Below are positions 47,774 through 59,800 of a stretch of 64,000 nucleotides of DNA, one piece after another. Within the stretch, counting starts at the first letter, position 1, and every line of letters begins with the position of its first letter. The translations under genes were made by a program, and so were the position numbers. The notes under the pieces are model-generated. The model did no database searches, was not told where the DNA came from, and saw nothing but the letters and a program-made list of their open reading frames with translations. Source of the DNA: Zygnema circumcarinatum SAG 698-1b (taxonomy: Eukaryota; Plantae; Zygnematophyceae); NCBI GenBank assembly GCA_037447605.1, contig CM074804.1:7293909-7357908 (forward strand), in the 5' to 3' direction.

Positions 47774-48180
47774 ACAGCGGTAGGCGCGCAGCGGCGCTGG
47801 CAGGAGGTGGCCGCAGCGAGCCATGGCGGCGGAGGAAGGGGAGCAGCTCGAGGCTCTGCTCTTCTCTGCTCTGCCAATTTTTTTGCGCGTCCAAGGGGCT
47901 TCCTTGGACTCGCAGACACAGGGAGGGCTGGGCCCGGCAGCTCGCTTTAAGTGCGCGCTCGAGCTGAGGGCTGAAGGGTGCAAGAAGCTGGAGGCAAGCT
48001 GCGTTAGTTTACAGTTGGGTCATTCAGGAGTAAAATTCTGGGAATCGATTTTTTCGTATCTTTGGGAGGTGTTATGGGGCGTCGGGAGTGAGGGGCTTCT
48101 AGAGGTGATTGTATTGGAATAAGGGACGACGGCTGCCAGCTGCTTGGTTGGCCTTCATGGATCTACCAAATCGCGGGCAA

Positions 48181-51100
48181 ATGGCTGGTCGTTTGTTGTT
48201 GATTTTCCTTCTCTTCTGCGTCTTTTGGCGGTTTAATGAGGCTAAGAATGCTCAGCTTCCACGTGGCTGGGCGAAGGGCTACGTGCTTCAAAGCCGGACA
48301 GATTGCTCTAATGGACGAGGAGCAAGTGCAGGACTTGAGCTGATTCAAGCCTCATCGGTGTATGGAGAGGATGTTCAAAAGCTGAAGGTCGCTGTGAGGT
48401 ATATCCTCGCTGAAGCTCCGACTGCATCTGCAACCTGTCTTGACTTCAGTGTGTGCATAGAGCAATACGCAATAGATTTGTTTGCATCAGGAGGGAAGAC
48501 ATCATGAAGTCTTTTTAAGTCTCAAAATGCAGCTTGAAGCGACTTTTTTCTTTCACTTTTGTTATCAACGATTGTCTTCAAACTCGCAGTTAGATCATTG
48601 GTTCATACGTGCGGTGGTAACAGGCACGAAACTTCTGATCGACTACATGTTCGCATTACAAATTTTGGTCCAAACCAACGCTGGGAGGTTCCCCAAATTG
48701 TACTGCCACGGCCTATACTTGACGATGGCAACGCGTGCAGCTCGGCAAGCAACATCGCAGAGCCTGCATTGGACTTCCAGTTTACAGAGAAACCATTCGG
48801 CTTCGCAGTTGTGAGGTCAGATAGCGGTAAAGTTCTGTTCAATTCAACACCGCATTCGCTGAACTCCTTTGAGCCGTTGGTCTTCAAGGATCAATACCTC
48901 GAGATATCAACCGCTCTTCCAAAGGACGCAGCACTGTATGGTTTGGGAGAAAGTACTCAATCAAGTGGTTTCAGACTCGTTCCAGGAAAGACTTACACTC
49001 TGTACAACTCAGATGTTCCAAGCAGCCAGCTTGGGGTAGACCTCTATGGTGCACATCCGTTCTACCTTGACGTGAGGGAGGATGGCGAGGCCCATGGAGT
49101 GTTTCTGCTAAACAGCAACGGAATGGACGTACTATTTAGAGATGGAGCTCTTACGTACAAAGTCATTGGAGGAGTCTTTGACTTCTATTTCTTTTCTGGG
49201 CCTTCTCCATTGGCAGTCATACAGCAGTACACTGACCTGATTGGGCGCCCTGCCCCAATGCCGTATTGGTCACTAGGTGAGGTCTGAGCTTATTGTTCTG
49301 ACTTCCCATTCTCGCAGCACAAGGAATTGCTTTGTGCAGTATTTTTTTAAATTGAAAATGAAAACATTCAACTTCTCTGGAATTTCTTTATTCGGAACCT
49401 TATGAATAGACCTCGTGAGTAAAGCAGAGTTCTACTTCACAGGTTGATCATAAAGTCACTGCCATAATAGCCAGAGACCAGAGTAAGCACACAAATTGCA
49501 TGAGCAAGATGTGAATGTGCTAAAGTGGACCGCAACTGATGAACAATATTGTCCGCTATATTTTAGGTTGGCAGCAAAGCAGATTTGGTTATACAGACAT
49601 TCAGGAGTTGGAGGCCGTCGTCGCGAACTATTCAAAAGCGAGCATACCACTCGATGTGATGTGGAGCGATATCGACTTCATGCTTGTTTGGAAGGACTTC
49701 ACCCTGGACCCCATACATTACCCCTACAACAGAACCCTGGCCTTTGTCGAGCAGCTGCATCGTGATGACCAGCGATATGTCATTATCATTGATCCAGGTA
49801 ATGAAGAGTGTGTACGAATTTGAAGCGTCGAAGGTTCTCTTGGGCACCCCATGGGATACTAATGTAAATTCTTGTTGTATTTTCTTACATGAAACGAAAG
49901 TAAAGAATATTAAGCCGTAAAGGCTATGCAGAGTAAGCCAAGCCAGATTAGGAAGATCATTCTTTATCGCAGCTGTTGCTCTCAGCTCAGTTTTGTGTTT
50001 TTATGACGAATTGAATAATGCTCTGCAAGATGTTGAGCACACTGTTTCGGTTGTCATCTTCACATGTTCAACTGAAGTTCATTCTTTTACAGGCATTGCT
50101 CATGACTTCACTTTTTCTGCTTGAAAAAGGACGCAAGTGTCCTGCATCCTTTTTCCCCTAGTGTTTCCTTGATGTGTCAGTTACATAATCGTCAGAAGTA
50201 CTCTCTCCAGAGGTGAACATGTCCAGTAGTGTCTCTTCTCTGGTGACCCAACATAATTGATACAGAACCACGATATCCATTGGAGAAAAAAGAGGCTACT
50301 CAAAAGTTGAGCTTGAACGAAAGCAAACAGTATTATATGTCTCAAATGTGGTGATTTGGACTCAACAGGTGAGGAAAGGCAGCACTTCATCAGTGAGAGG
50401 TGATAGGCCAATCAGGCTCAGTTCTATAAGACTGCTTGTGATTGACAGCGCGGCTCTCTTTCTTTTGCAGGCATTCACATAGAGGCAAACTACACGCCAT
50501 ATGATCGAGGGCTAGAACAGGACATTTTCCTTAGGGATGCTCGGGGGAAACATCATATAGCCCAGGTATGGCCTGGGCCGGTGCACTTTCCTGACTTCTT
50601 GCACCCAAACATAGAGTCGTACTGGGGGCGAGAGATCTCTGACTTCTACAAACTTCTTCCCTTTGATGGCCTCTGGATCGACATGAACGAAGCCTCCAAC
50701 TTTTGTGATGGGATCGTTTGCGACCTTCCTGATCATGCCTGTCCCAAGTCGCTCTTGGATCCCTTCACATGCTGCTTGGTCTGCAACAACAGTCTTGCAA
50801 CTCGCTGGGATGACCCACCGTACAAAATCAACAGCCGAGGAAGCTATGCACCAACGTACACAAAGACCATAGCTTTGAGTGTGCAGCACTATGGCGGAGT
50901 GCGGGAGTATGATGCACATAACCTCTATGGGCTTTCGGAGTCTGTCGTTACAAACAAAGCACTGCGAAGCATCACCGGGAAGCGGCCATTTATTCTCTCT
51001 CGTTCAACATTTCCGGGATCTGGGGCACATGTGGCGCACTGGACAGGAGACAATGACGCCTCCTGGTATGACATGGCCTACTCCATCTCACAGATCTTAA

Positions 51101-52086
51101 ATTTTGGCCTCTTCGGCATTCCGATGGTGGGAGCTGACATCTGCGGCTTCACTGGCCCAACTACTGAGGAGCTATGCCTGCGCTGGACACAGCTGGGAGC
51201 CTTTTACCCATTTGCAAGGGACCATTCAGACATTAAGAGCACTCCACAAGAGCCGTACAGGTGGGAGTCTGTTGCCAATTCTACCAGAAATGTTCTAGCA
51301 CTGCGATATCGTCTGCTTCCAACGCTGTACTCTCTGGTCTACGAAGCTCATACACTTGGTTCGCCCATTGCCAGACCCCTTTTCTTTAGCTTTGCAAAGG
51401 ATCCAGTCACTCTAAACATTGACAAGCAATTTCTGCTGGGAGAGAGCATTCTTGTCTCCCCAGTGCTGATGCCGAAGCAAGAAAAGGTGTGGGCTTACTT
51501 TCCTCAGGGAACGTGGTACAGCCTTTTTGATTTTTCACAAGTAATCTATTCAGAAGAGGGACAGTGGTTAGCTGTGGACGCGCCCAATAACACCATTCCA
51601 GTTCATGTCCGAGATGGATCAATTCTTCCCATGCAAGAAGCAGCTCTTACAACTGCTGCAGGTCGAAAGACGCAGTTCTCTCTCCTAGTAGCTTTTTCAC
51701 AGAGTTCCGAGAACCAATCGGCTACAGGGCAGCTATTCCTTGATGATGGAGAGAGCCTCGAGATGAAGTTAGCTGATGGCTATTCGACCTTGATAAGGTA
51801 TGATGCCATGATGCTAAACACGAATGCCGGCATGTTGAAAGCTACTGTCCAGTTTCCTGAGTTTGCCAAAAAGGAGAAGTGGATTTTGGATAGAGTAATT
51901 CTGCTGGGAGTGGCTGGAAGTGCCTTAGGGACGCTAACAGTCAATGGCGATTCCAAACTAAACGACATGAAAGTAGGGGCCAAGTTCCATGGCCCCACCT
52001 TAACCATACAAGGGCTGCGGCATGCACTAAGTGACAACCTATCACTTGCATGGAGTACTTTTCAAGATTATGCAGATTCGGATTGA
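48181..52086 (+). CDS. Secreted/vacuolar GH31 alpha-glucosidase / alpha-xylosidase
   Basis: Signal peptide MAGRLLLIFLLFCVFW; exons 48181..48398, 48624..49276, 49567..49797, 50471..52086. Motifs LYGLGE, LYGAHPFY, WSLGWQQSR, WSDIDFM, nucleophile WIDMNE, acid/base HWTGDN, PMVGADICGF. Confidence 0.96.
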
Positions 52087-53013
52087 GATAATAAGGGACA
52101 AGGCGTAGACCATATCCATACAGCACTTTATGTAAGGGAGTTTTCAAATGCATAGAGACCCACAGCCTTTCCATACTATCAAATGGCGTCTCTACATTTT
52201 GCTGAGCACGGGCAGCTAAGCTGATTTTTCGCTCTCCAGCTGAGTCCATTTAGCAATAGTTTTTTAACACCTGTTCAAGATTTTGGTGGTTAAACTCAGG
52301 AACATTGTCACTCCCCTTTTTAGATGGAGAGTGCAGCTTGTGTCGGCAGGCAGCTCTAGTAACATGTTTTTTTTTTTTTGTACTCTAGACGGATGTAGAG
52401 CATAGTGGCAGATACGGATACTCAGCTAGGTACCATTGTACTATACGAAACAACAGAAAAAATCTTAAGCAGAATTTTCGACACGACTTCCACTCATTAA
52501 CCGAGAATGGCAACATTTCTCCTAAGCTCGATATGAGTAATTTCGGTTGTCCCATATTGTTGCAATCGATAATGAAAGTGAAGTGACTTACGTGTATTGT
52601 TTCATTTCAATGTATACGAGTCTGAGTTCTTGTATCCAATCAAATATGTGTGCTGTGACATTGGTTATCGGATTACAGCAGGAGCCCCTTGAGCTCTGGG
52701 AACAAACTGTGCATGATCTATGTTTCAGTTGCAGCGCTATTAGCAGCCTCCACTTTGTGCAATGCGTTTAACGTATGAACAGATGGCACTATGCTCGAAT
52801 GGCAAGGTAAGGCAGGAAGGGACATTTTACAAAATCATCGAAACTGCTGAATGCGAAGCCCAACAACTCATTATGTACGACTGGAAAAAATCTGCAATTT
52901 TCAGGCATCGACGTGAGCATTGTAACCACTGTTGTTCCTGAATGTAGACTGTTATCGGGCGTTAACCGCACACCCCACCTTCACTTGTAAATTATGGACT
53001 GACGAAAAGGTCT

Positions 53014-53139
53014 TCAAGCTGCGGAGGGGCGGCTGCAGCAGGCTTCAACCCGCCGCCCAACGCCGCTGCGAGCAGCTGCATCGCCTGCAGGCAGAAGGCG
53101 CATAAAGCGGCTGCCGCCTTTGCAACACTGCGCGGCCAT
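53014..53139 (-). other. Candidate 41-aa small ORF divergent from PLAP
   Basis: MAAQCCKGGSRFMRLLPAGDAAARSGVGRRVEACCSRPSAA* follows a CT-rich leader and two G-boxes (53240, 53274). No recognisable family. Confidence 0.25.
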
Positions 53140-53239
53140 AAATGAGCAGGAGACAACAAAGAGAGAGAAAAAGAGCACGAGAGCGACAAGGCCTGTACTC
53201 CCCAGGACTGAAGGGGCGTGCGCGAGTCGCGATTGGCCG

Positions 53240-53729
53240 CACGTGCCAGGACCCGTCGCCTGTCTCCGCCCGCCACGTGGTAATGTGGGCACAGCGCGCC
53301 GCTATCGCCGCACTCGTTGCGACACCGCCCGCCGTCGAAAGCACGCGTGGCGTATCGTAGCCGGCGATTACAAGTGTCAACGTATCTCAGCTGTCCGATT
53401 GACTCCACGGCCTGTCCGACCACCAATCTGCTTCGTCCCTTTGTGCCCCCGACCTTACGACGATCTGTGGCCGTCCGATCGACCGATCGACCAGGCGGTC
53501 CCGGAGTCGGGCTTACCAATGGTTGGATCAACCATTGGAATGGCAATGGTTGGTTGGGTAGCGAACCAATGGTTGCAACCAGGAGATCCGCTCCGCAGGT
53601 CCAAAAAACTGAACTGTACAAGAACTGTGACAGCAAGGAACGCGAGGCTCATAGAACGGATGCAAGGAACGTCGGCACGTGACACGTGGCAGGGGTGACG
53701 CAGGCGGGAGTTGTCGTTTGCGCCACGTC
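53240..53729. promoter_or_regulatory. G-box- and CCAAT-rich promoter region upstream of PLAP
   Basis: CACGTG at 53240, 53274, 53676 and 53683. Palindrome CCAATGGTTG-GAT-CAACCATTGG near 53516..53538, plus further CAATGGTTG units. Confidence 0.5.
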
Positions 53730-53830
53730 ACGCCTCCTTCCAGGAGCGTCCGCTTCGGGGAAGGGGAAGGAAAGGGAAGGAACCGTTTGGTTTGCTGCAG
53801 ACGGGTGCCAGGCAGTGATTGCAGGGGGCC

Positions 53831-56800
53831 ATGGCGGGAGCTTCGCCTTTCAGGCTCTCCTGCGAACTGCGAGGTCACAAAGAGGATGTAAGGCTTCGTA
53901 CAAGGAAGAATTTAATGATCTGTTCATGTGTCGGACGCTTCCCTGTCATGTGCGTTCTTGTGTGCTTGAGCATGCTGGCAAATATTAGTTTCGAGAGTAG
54001 CCGGTGTTGAAGCAGTACTTTTTTATTTGAAGCAATATTATTTAAGGTCTGGAATTTTGTATGGACGGCATTGAGGAAACACGTGCCATCAGAGTGAGCC
54101 GGCGCATTGAAGTTGCTGTTATTTTGTTCAAGTTGCATTGTCTGGGCATCATCAATCGTTTTATTCACGGGATGCTGTATTAAGTTCGTAACAAGAAGGC
54201 GATGATTGTGCCGCAGGTCCGCGCCGTCTGCATTCTCGCAAGTAGGAGAATTGCAACTGGATCAAGGGATAAAACAATAATTGTTTGGAAGCCGTCAGAG
54301 GGCGATCAGGGTGGCTATTCTCTTGAAACTACTCTTACTGGTCATCGTCACTTTGTGACATCCGTGGCATGGCTACCGCCAAATCCGAAAATGCCAATTG
54401 GTGCCGTAGTTTCGGGTGGAATGGACAAGGAGGTCCTGGTCTGGGATACTCAAGGAGAGAGAATTCTGGCCACTCTTCGAGGACACACTGAAGCTGTCAC
54501 TGGTGTAGCAGGAACTGAGAGTGGGGACATACTTTCTGCCTCGCAAGACAAGTAAACCATCATGACTGGCCCTGAGCACTACTGTACTGCCTACCAAAGA
54601 TCAGGGCTGCATAGATTGTCTAAATGAATTGCATATGGAAGATTGTGCTGCGATGAGAGAAGCTTTTTATCGAGAATAGGCATCGCTGTAGCCTGACAAG
54701 TGCCGGGATTTTACGGATATTATTTCGGACAGCCCCTAAATCTTTCAGAGCACTGCGTGGAGTGTATTGCTTCGTTAACCAACTCATGCATTCTGGTAAG
54801 TGCTTGGTTAAACGGAACAGGACAGCTAGAAGATGGAGGGATGGTATCTGTATCGATGTATTGAACGGCCACGAATCTGCAGTCCAAGCTGTAGTAGTCA
54901 CGCCCAACGGCGAAATAGTCACTGGTAAGATGGCCTTGCTCGAAACAAGCCAATATTGATAATCTTGAGTTTCACCTCGGTACATTGTTGACCTGGATTT
55001 CGGGGTGTGTTGAGAGGGCTCATGTTAAACCAACTTCTGTTTGATTCAGGCTCATCAGATTGTACGATTAAAGTTTGGCAGGGTACCAACTGCATCCGCA
55101 CTGCCAGAGGCCACACAGGTGAGTAGTTGGCAACCTTTAGTCACACTTCTACTTGATGCACGAACCGCTACAATCATACAGAATCAGTGTCTTAGTACTA
55201 AAAATATTCAAGTGTACCATGAGTAAGTGTCGTGTCGCATTTATGTGTGTCGTAAGTGCTTCACAACCTTTGCCAACGAGATATGCCACAAACATGTCGT
55301 ACGCTTGAGTGTGTACTTACGGTAGCTTTTGCTCTTGGTAGCCATTCTTTAAGGTTATTAAGTAGAGCTTTGTGCGTTTGGTTGCAGATACCGTCCGTGC
55401 ACTTTCACTGATGGACGGCCTAGGACTTGTGTCTGCTTCACATGATGGGTAAGCGATACATCCAAGGAGAGTCTCTTAGGGTCTTTATCATGGCTTTCAT
55501 GACTAAGAAGCTTTCAGATTGTGGCACCTTTTGTGCAATGTTCATGTAATGGGCTCATCACTTGACTGTAGCAATTGACTCTTCCTTGTTCACCATTAAT
55601 CGTATCGCAGTATTTTCAGTCCTTTAATTCCATATTGCAACTCCCGATCAAGTTGTTTTTTTTATCAAATTTTCCCCTTCTTGTGATATGCAGTTCGGTT
55701 AGGCTCTGGGCACAATCCGGTGAACAGCTGTTGGAGATGGTGGGTCACACAGCATTGATCTACTCAGTGGCCACGCATAACACAGAGATTGCGTCTGGCA
55801 GTGAAGACAACACTGTCAGAATCTGGCGGGGTAAACTCGTCTTTTTCTTGGACCTTCATATGCATGATTTTAGAACCTCTGTCACTTTCCTTTGGACGTC
55901 TGATGGCCTTCACGTATCCATTATCATCTAGCAAAAAACGACTAATCTACCTTCAATCAAGAGATTACAATGAAAATCCTGATGTCTGGCCTGATAAGGA
56001 CCGCTCTATAATCAATCCTAAATTTAGGATTTTCATGATGTACAAGAAGCAGGCGGTCAAAATATTGAGTGCCCTTTCTTAGGTGTAGGAATATTCTTTC
56101 ATTTATCATTTACGAATACCCAGCTGGTAGGTGATCTGTTCTGAATCCGATCTGGTATCGTCTGAAGATCAGACCAAGATCACGATCTGATTTTAAGTTC
56201 ACCCGATATGGGTGAATCACATAGCTACAATCCTCTTCCTCTGAAAGAGAGTAATCAAAATTCTGTTTCTTGTACATCTATCGTGTTTCTTGTCCTCATG
56301 TGCTTGCAACATGCCATATGTTATAGCGTTCAGATCAAAATTCTGCCAGCCTTGTAACCGAATAGAAAGTCATGCGAAGGAAGGTATACGATAGTCCTAT
56401 TAAACCTGCTTCTGTTGTTATTACAAAGGCAATGCTCTAGATTGATGTATAAAGCATAATGTGGACCAAACCATGGGGGTTTCGGTGCAAGACGTATGGA
56501 ATTCTGGTACTTTACTAGCAACAAGTGTCATGTTTCAGGCTTTGTCACGACTATGCTCAGCGATAAGCTAGGGCAGTTGCAAATGTAGAGTTGCTGCCGC
56601 AAGATAACCAACTGAGGACAAAAAATATGGCTACATCAATGTGGATTGGTGCTTGTGGAGAAATAGTCCATTAACGAATGCCTGCAGCATCCTGGTCGGT
56701 TGGGCTCAGATGGGTCTTGCCTGCAAACTATCGAGCATCCTGGGTGCATATGGGCCATTGCCTACCTCCCGAATGGTGATCTCGTCACTGCATGTGCCGA

Positions 56801-59800
56801 TGGAGTGGCACGTATCTGGAGTAGAGATCCAAAACTAGCAGCATCTGCTGAAGTTCTTGAGTCTTACGAAGCCCAATTGTCTGCAACACGTGTGAGGTAA
56901 ACACTAGGCTTTAGGCTAACTACAGAGTAGTGCAACATATAACATGGGGGGAAGAGTGCGAGGCTTTGTTGTGTGATAATTAGGTAAGTTGCTGTCTTAC
57001 TGAGCTCATTTCATGCGTTTACTGACGAATGGACGTACATTTTGTTGCAGCATGGGCCTGCCACAATGTTGTTCAAGTAGAATTGGTTGGAGGTAGATTT
57101 GGTATGGGACTGGACTGAACTGGTTTAGGTAGAACTGGTATGTGCAGCAAAACCGTTGGAGGTGTAAAGGTGGAGGATTTGCCTGGTATTGAGGCACTGC
57201 AGCAGCCTGGTATGTACTATTCCCTGGGCTTGTATGTCGGTCTGTCAAGCTCATCTTTTGAAGGATTTCAAAAGATGAGCTCATAGCTCAAGTGATTTTT
57301 GCATTTAATCACTATGAACCAGGCAGCTTTTGGTCCACTAACACTGTATTATTAGCTTTTCCGATATTTTGAAGTTTCGGTTGTTTTTGCCTCGGTAATA
57401 TAGAGAATTACGCGGATTCATGCATTGCCAGGATATACAAAGTCTGGGGTTCTTTTGTGTACCGTTCTGATGTATTGTCCAACACCTTTTAGAACCTGTC
57501 GTCTCTTTTAGTCTTGTCACTGCCAATTTGAGATGATTAGGAGGGCTGGTAGTTCAAGTCATGCGGTCAAAAGTTTGCACTCTCTTCTCGCAGGCGCTTC
57601 CCTGTTGACAAATGAAGATTGGGGTTTCAGGGAAGAAGGATGGCCAGCACAAAGTTATTAGAGAGGGAGAAGTTGCTGTGGCGTATTCCTGGAGTGCGAA
57701 GGAGTATAATTGGGAGAAGGTGTCTAGCCTTTCCCTAACTTACTTGGGACGTCTCACATATGTTAAAGCAGACACTTAAAGCATGAGGTCCTACCAGCCT
57801 GACAAAGGCACTGCATCTTCTGGCTGTAATGCTTCTTTCCACAGTAAAGTTTACCCCCTATTTGTGCCCCGTGCGGTGAGGCCAGCTAATTGGGTTATAC
57901 GATTGTTTTGCCACAGATTGGAGAAGTGGTGGATGGTCCAAGTGATCCGTTGGCAAGCAAGAGTTTGGATGGAATTGCTTATGACTATGGTCAGTGCGAG
58001 GAACTTATGGCCGCAGGACTGGGACTGTTCTGTTTCTGCTTGCTTTCCGGATAACCATTGACTTCTTGTAATCTTGGAAAACTGGCGTTGTGAATGCAGT
58101 GTTTGACGTAGATATTGGAGATGGCATTCCTCCTCGGAAACTGCCATTCAATCGTGGCCGTGAGTCCTTAGTCCATTTTTTGGTGCCATTTGCTCCACAC
58201 TGCAAATCTGTTATTGTCAAGTTCTACTTTTCTTTTTGGAAAGAAAGCCAGGTTTTTGGACGATACTGAGACCTTCTGGCGCAGATGTGTGATCCCAGAA
58301 AACCCGTACGATGTTGCCGACAAATGGCTGGAAGAGCAGGGTCTGCCAGCTGCGTATAGGGAACAGGTGGTGCAGTTTATTATGCAAAACTCGGGACAGA
58401 CAGCTCAAGCGCTTCATAACACCTTTTATGATCCATACACAGGAGGTCAGTGACCTTGGAGATTATGCGATGGTGTCCACGATCTGTTGAGGATACTGAG
58501 ACTGTTCTTGACAACTTCCTTGAGGTCTGATATGGCCTAAACTACTTGGCAAGCCTTGTTCCTACGTTTGCTTCCTCATGGATGTAATTATTGGAGTGAA
58601 ATGATGCAGGACAGGCCTATGTGCCACCCTCTGCTGATGCGTCTCAGAGATCTGGTGAGTGCAAATTGAGGAGTGCTTCTTAATTTCAAAATTGCTGGAA
58701 AATAGTCCTGAGTCTAATGTTTGAGTGCAACTTGGATAATTCAAGAAATTTACTTTTTTGCTGAACTGCAAAGCGTCCTGTGCTACAGGTTGCATCATAA
58801 TTCATAAGGCCTTGTTTCAGGATCAGGATATCAGACATCAGGATATGTTTGTGCTTACAGCTGATTTTAGTGCTGGTGATTATTTTTAGCTGTTGGAAGG
58901 GGGGGTAAAAACAAAATAACACTGCACGTGTACGGTTTAGGCGTCAGGCATCAATTGAATAAACATAGTTTGTAGACCTTACGACTCTGTAAGTGCGTGC
59001 AATTTTGATGAAGTTTTCATAAAGCGCCAAGTTCATCCTTGTCGCACAGCTGTGTCCGTGACACTGTGGATTTTTTTCTCTTGCATAAAATTTAAAAAAA
59101 AGACAAAAAATAAATAAATAAATAAATAAATAAAGCCAAAAGGGGGCGCCAAAGATGCCCATCGCCTTATTCACGTCATTTGGTGTACCGCTGTTGTTTC
59201 CGTGTGCAGGGAGACCTACATCTGCAGACATGATGAGCGTGGACCCATACACTGGTGAGAAATGCACATCTCCTCCTCTAGGTCATGTACGAACCATTCA
59301 TATACTAGGAGGCGTTCTGCAGGTAGTGTTGGTGTGGTTTTCCTCCTTTCAACCTACTTTTCTGATTGCAAGGTGTCTGATGGAGCAAATGAACGCAGGT
59401 CCAACATCTTCAACAAACCGCCCTTCACCTTCATCACACATTCCCAAGGTTAGTACTGATTCAAATATACAGTTGGACCTTCGCTGTGCTGTGCTGTGAT
59501 GTGATGTGCGTTTTATGGAGACTTTTGTTGGAGTGGTAGACTGAAACTGTATTGCGATCCTCTCCTTTGTTCGGATGTGCAGAAGGGTTACCTTTTGTTT
59601 GATTCAGCCCAGTATGACGGGATCCTGAAAAAGCTGGAGGAATTCAATTATAATCTTTCGACTGATGAGGTCTGTGCGATCCCTGTTCACTCCCTGAACT
59701 GTGGCTACTGTAGTGAGGATTCGCGTACTGTTAGTCCGCATGTTCATTCAATGTACTGAGTTGTATGGGCAAATTTGAACTAGGCCTGTAATCGACAATG

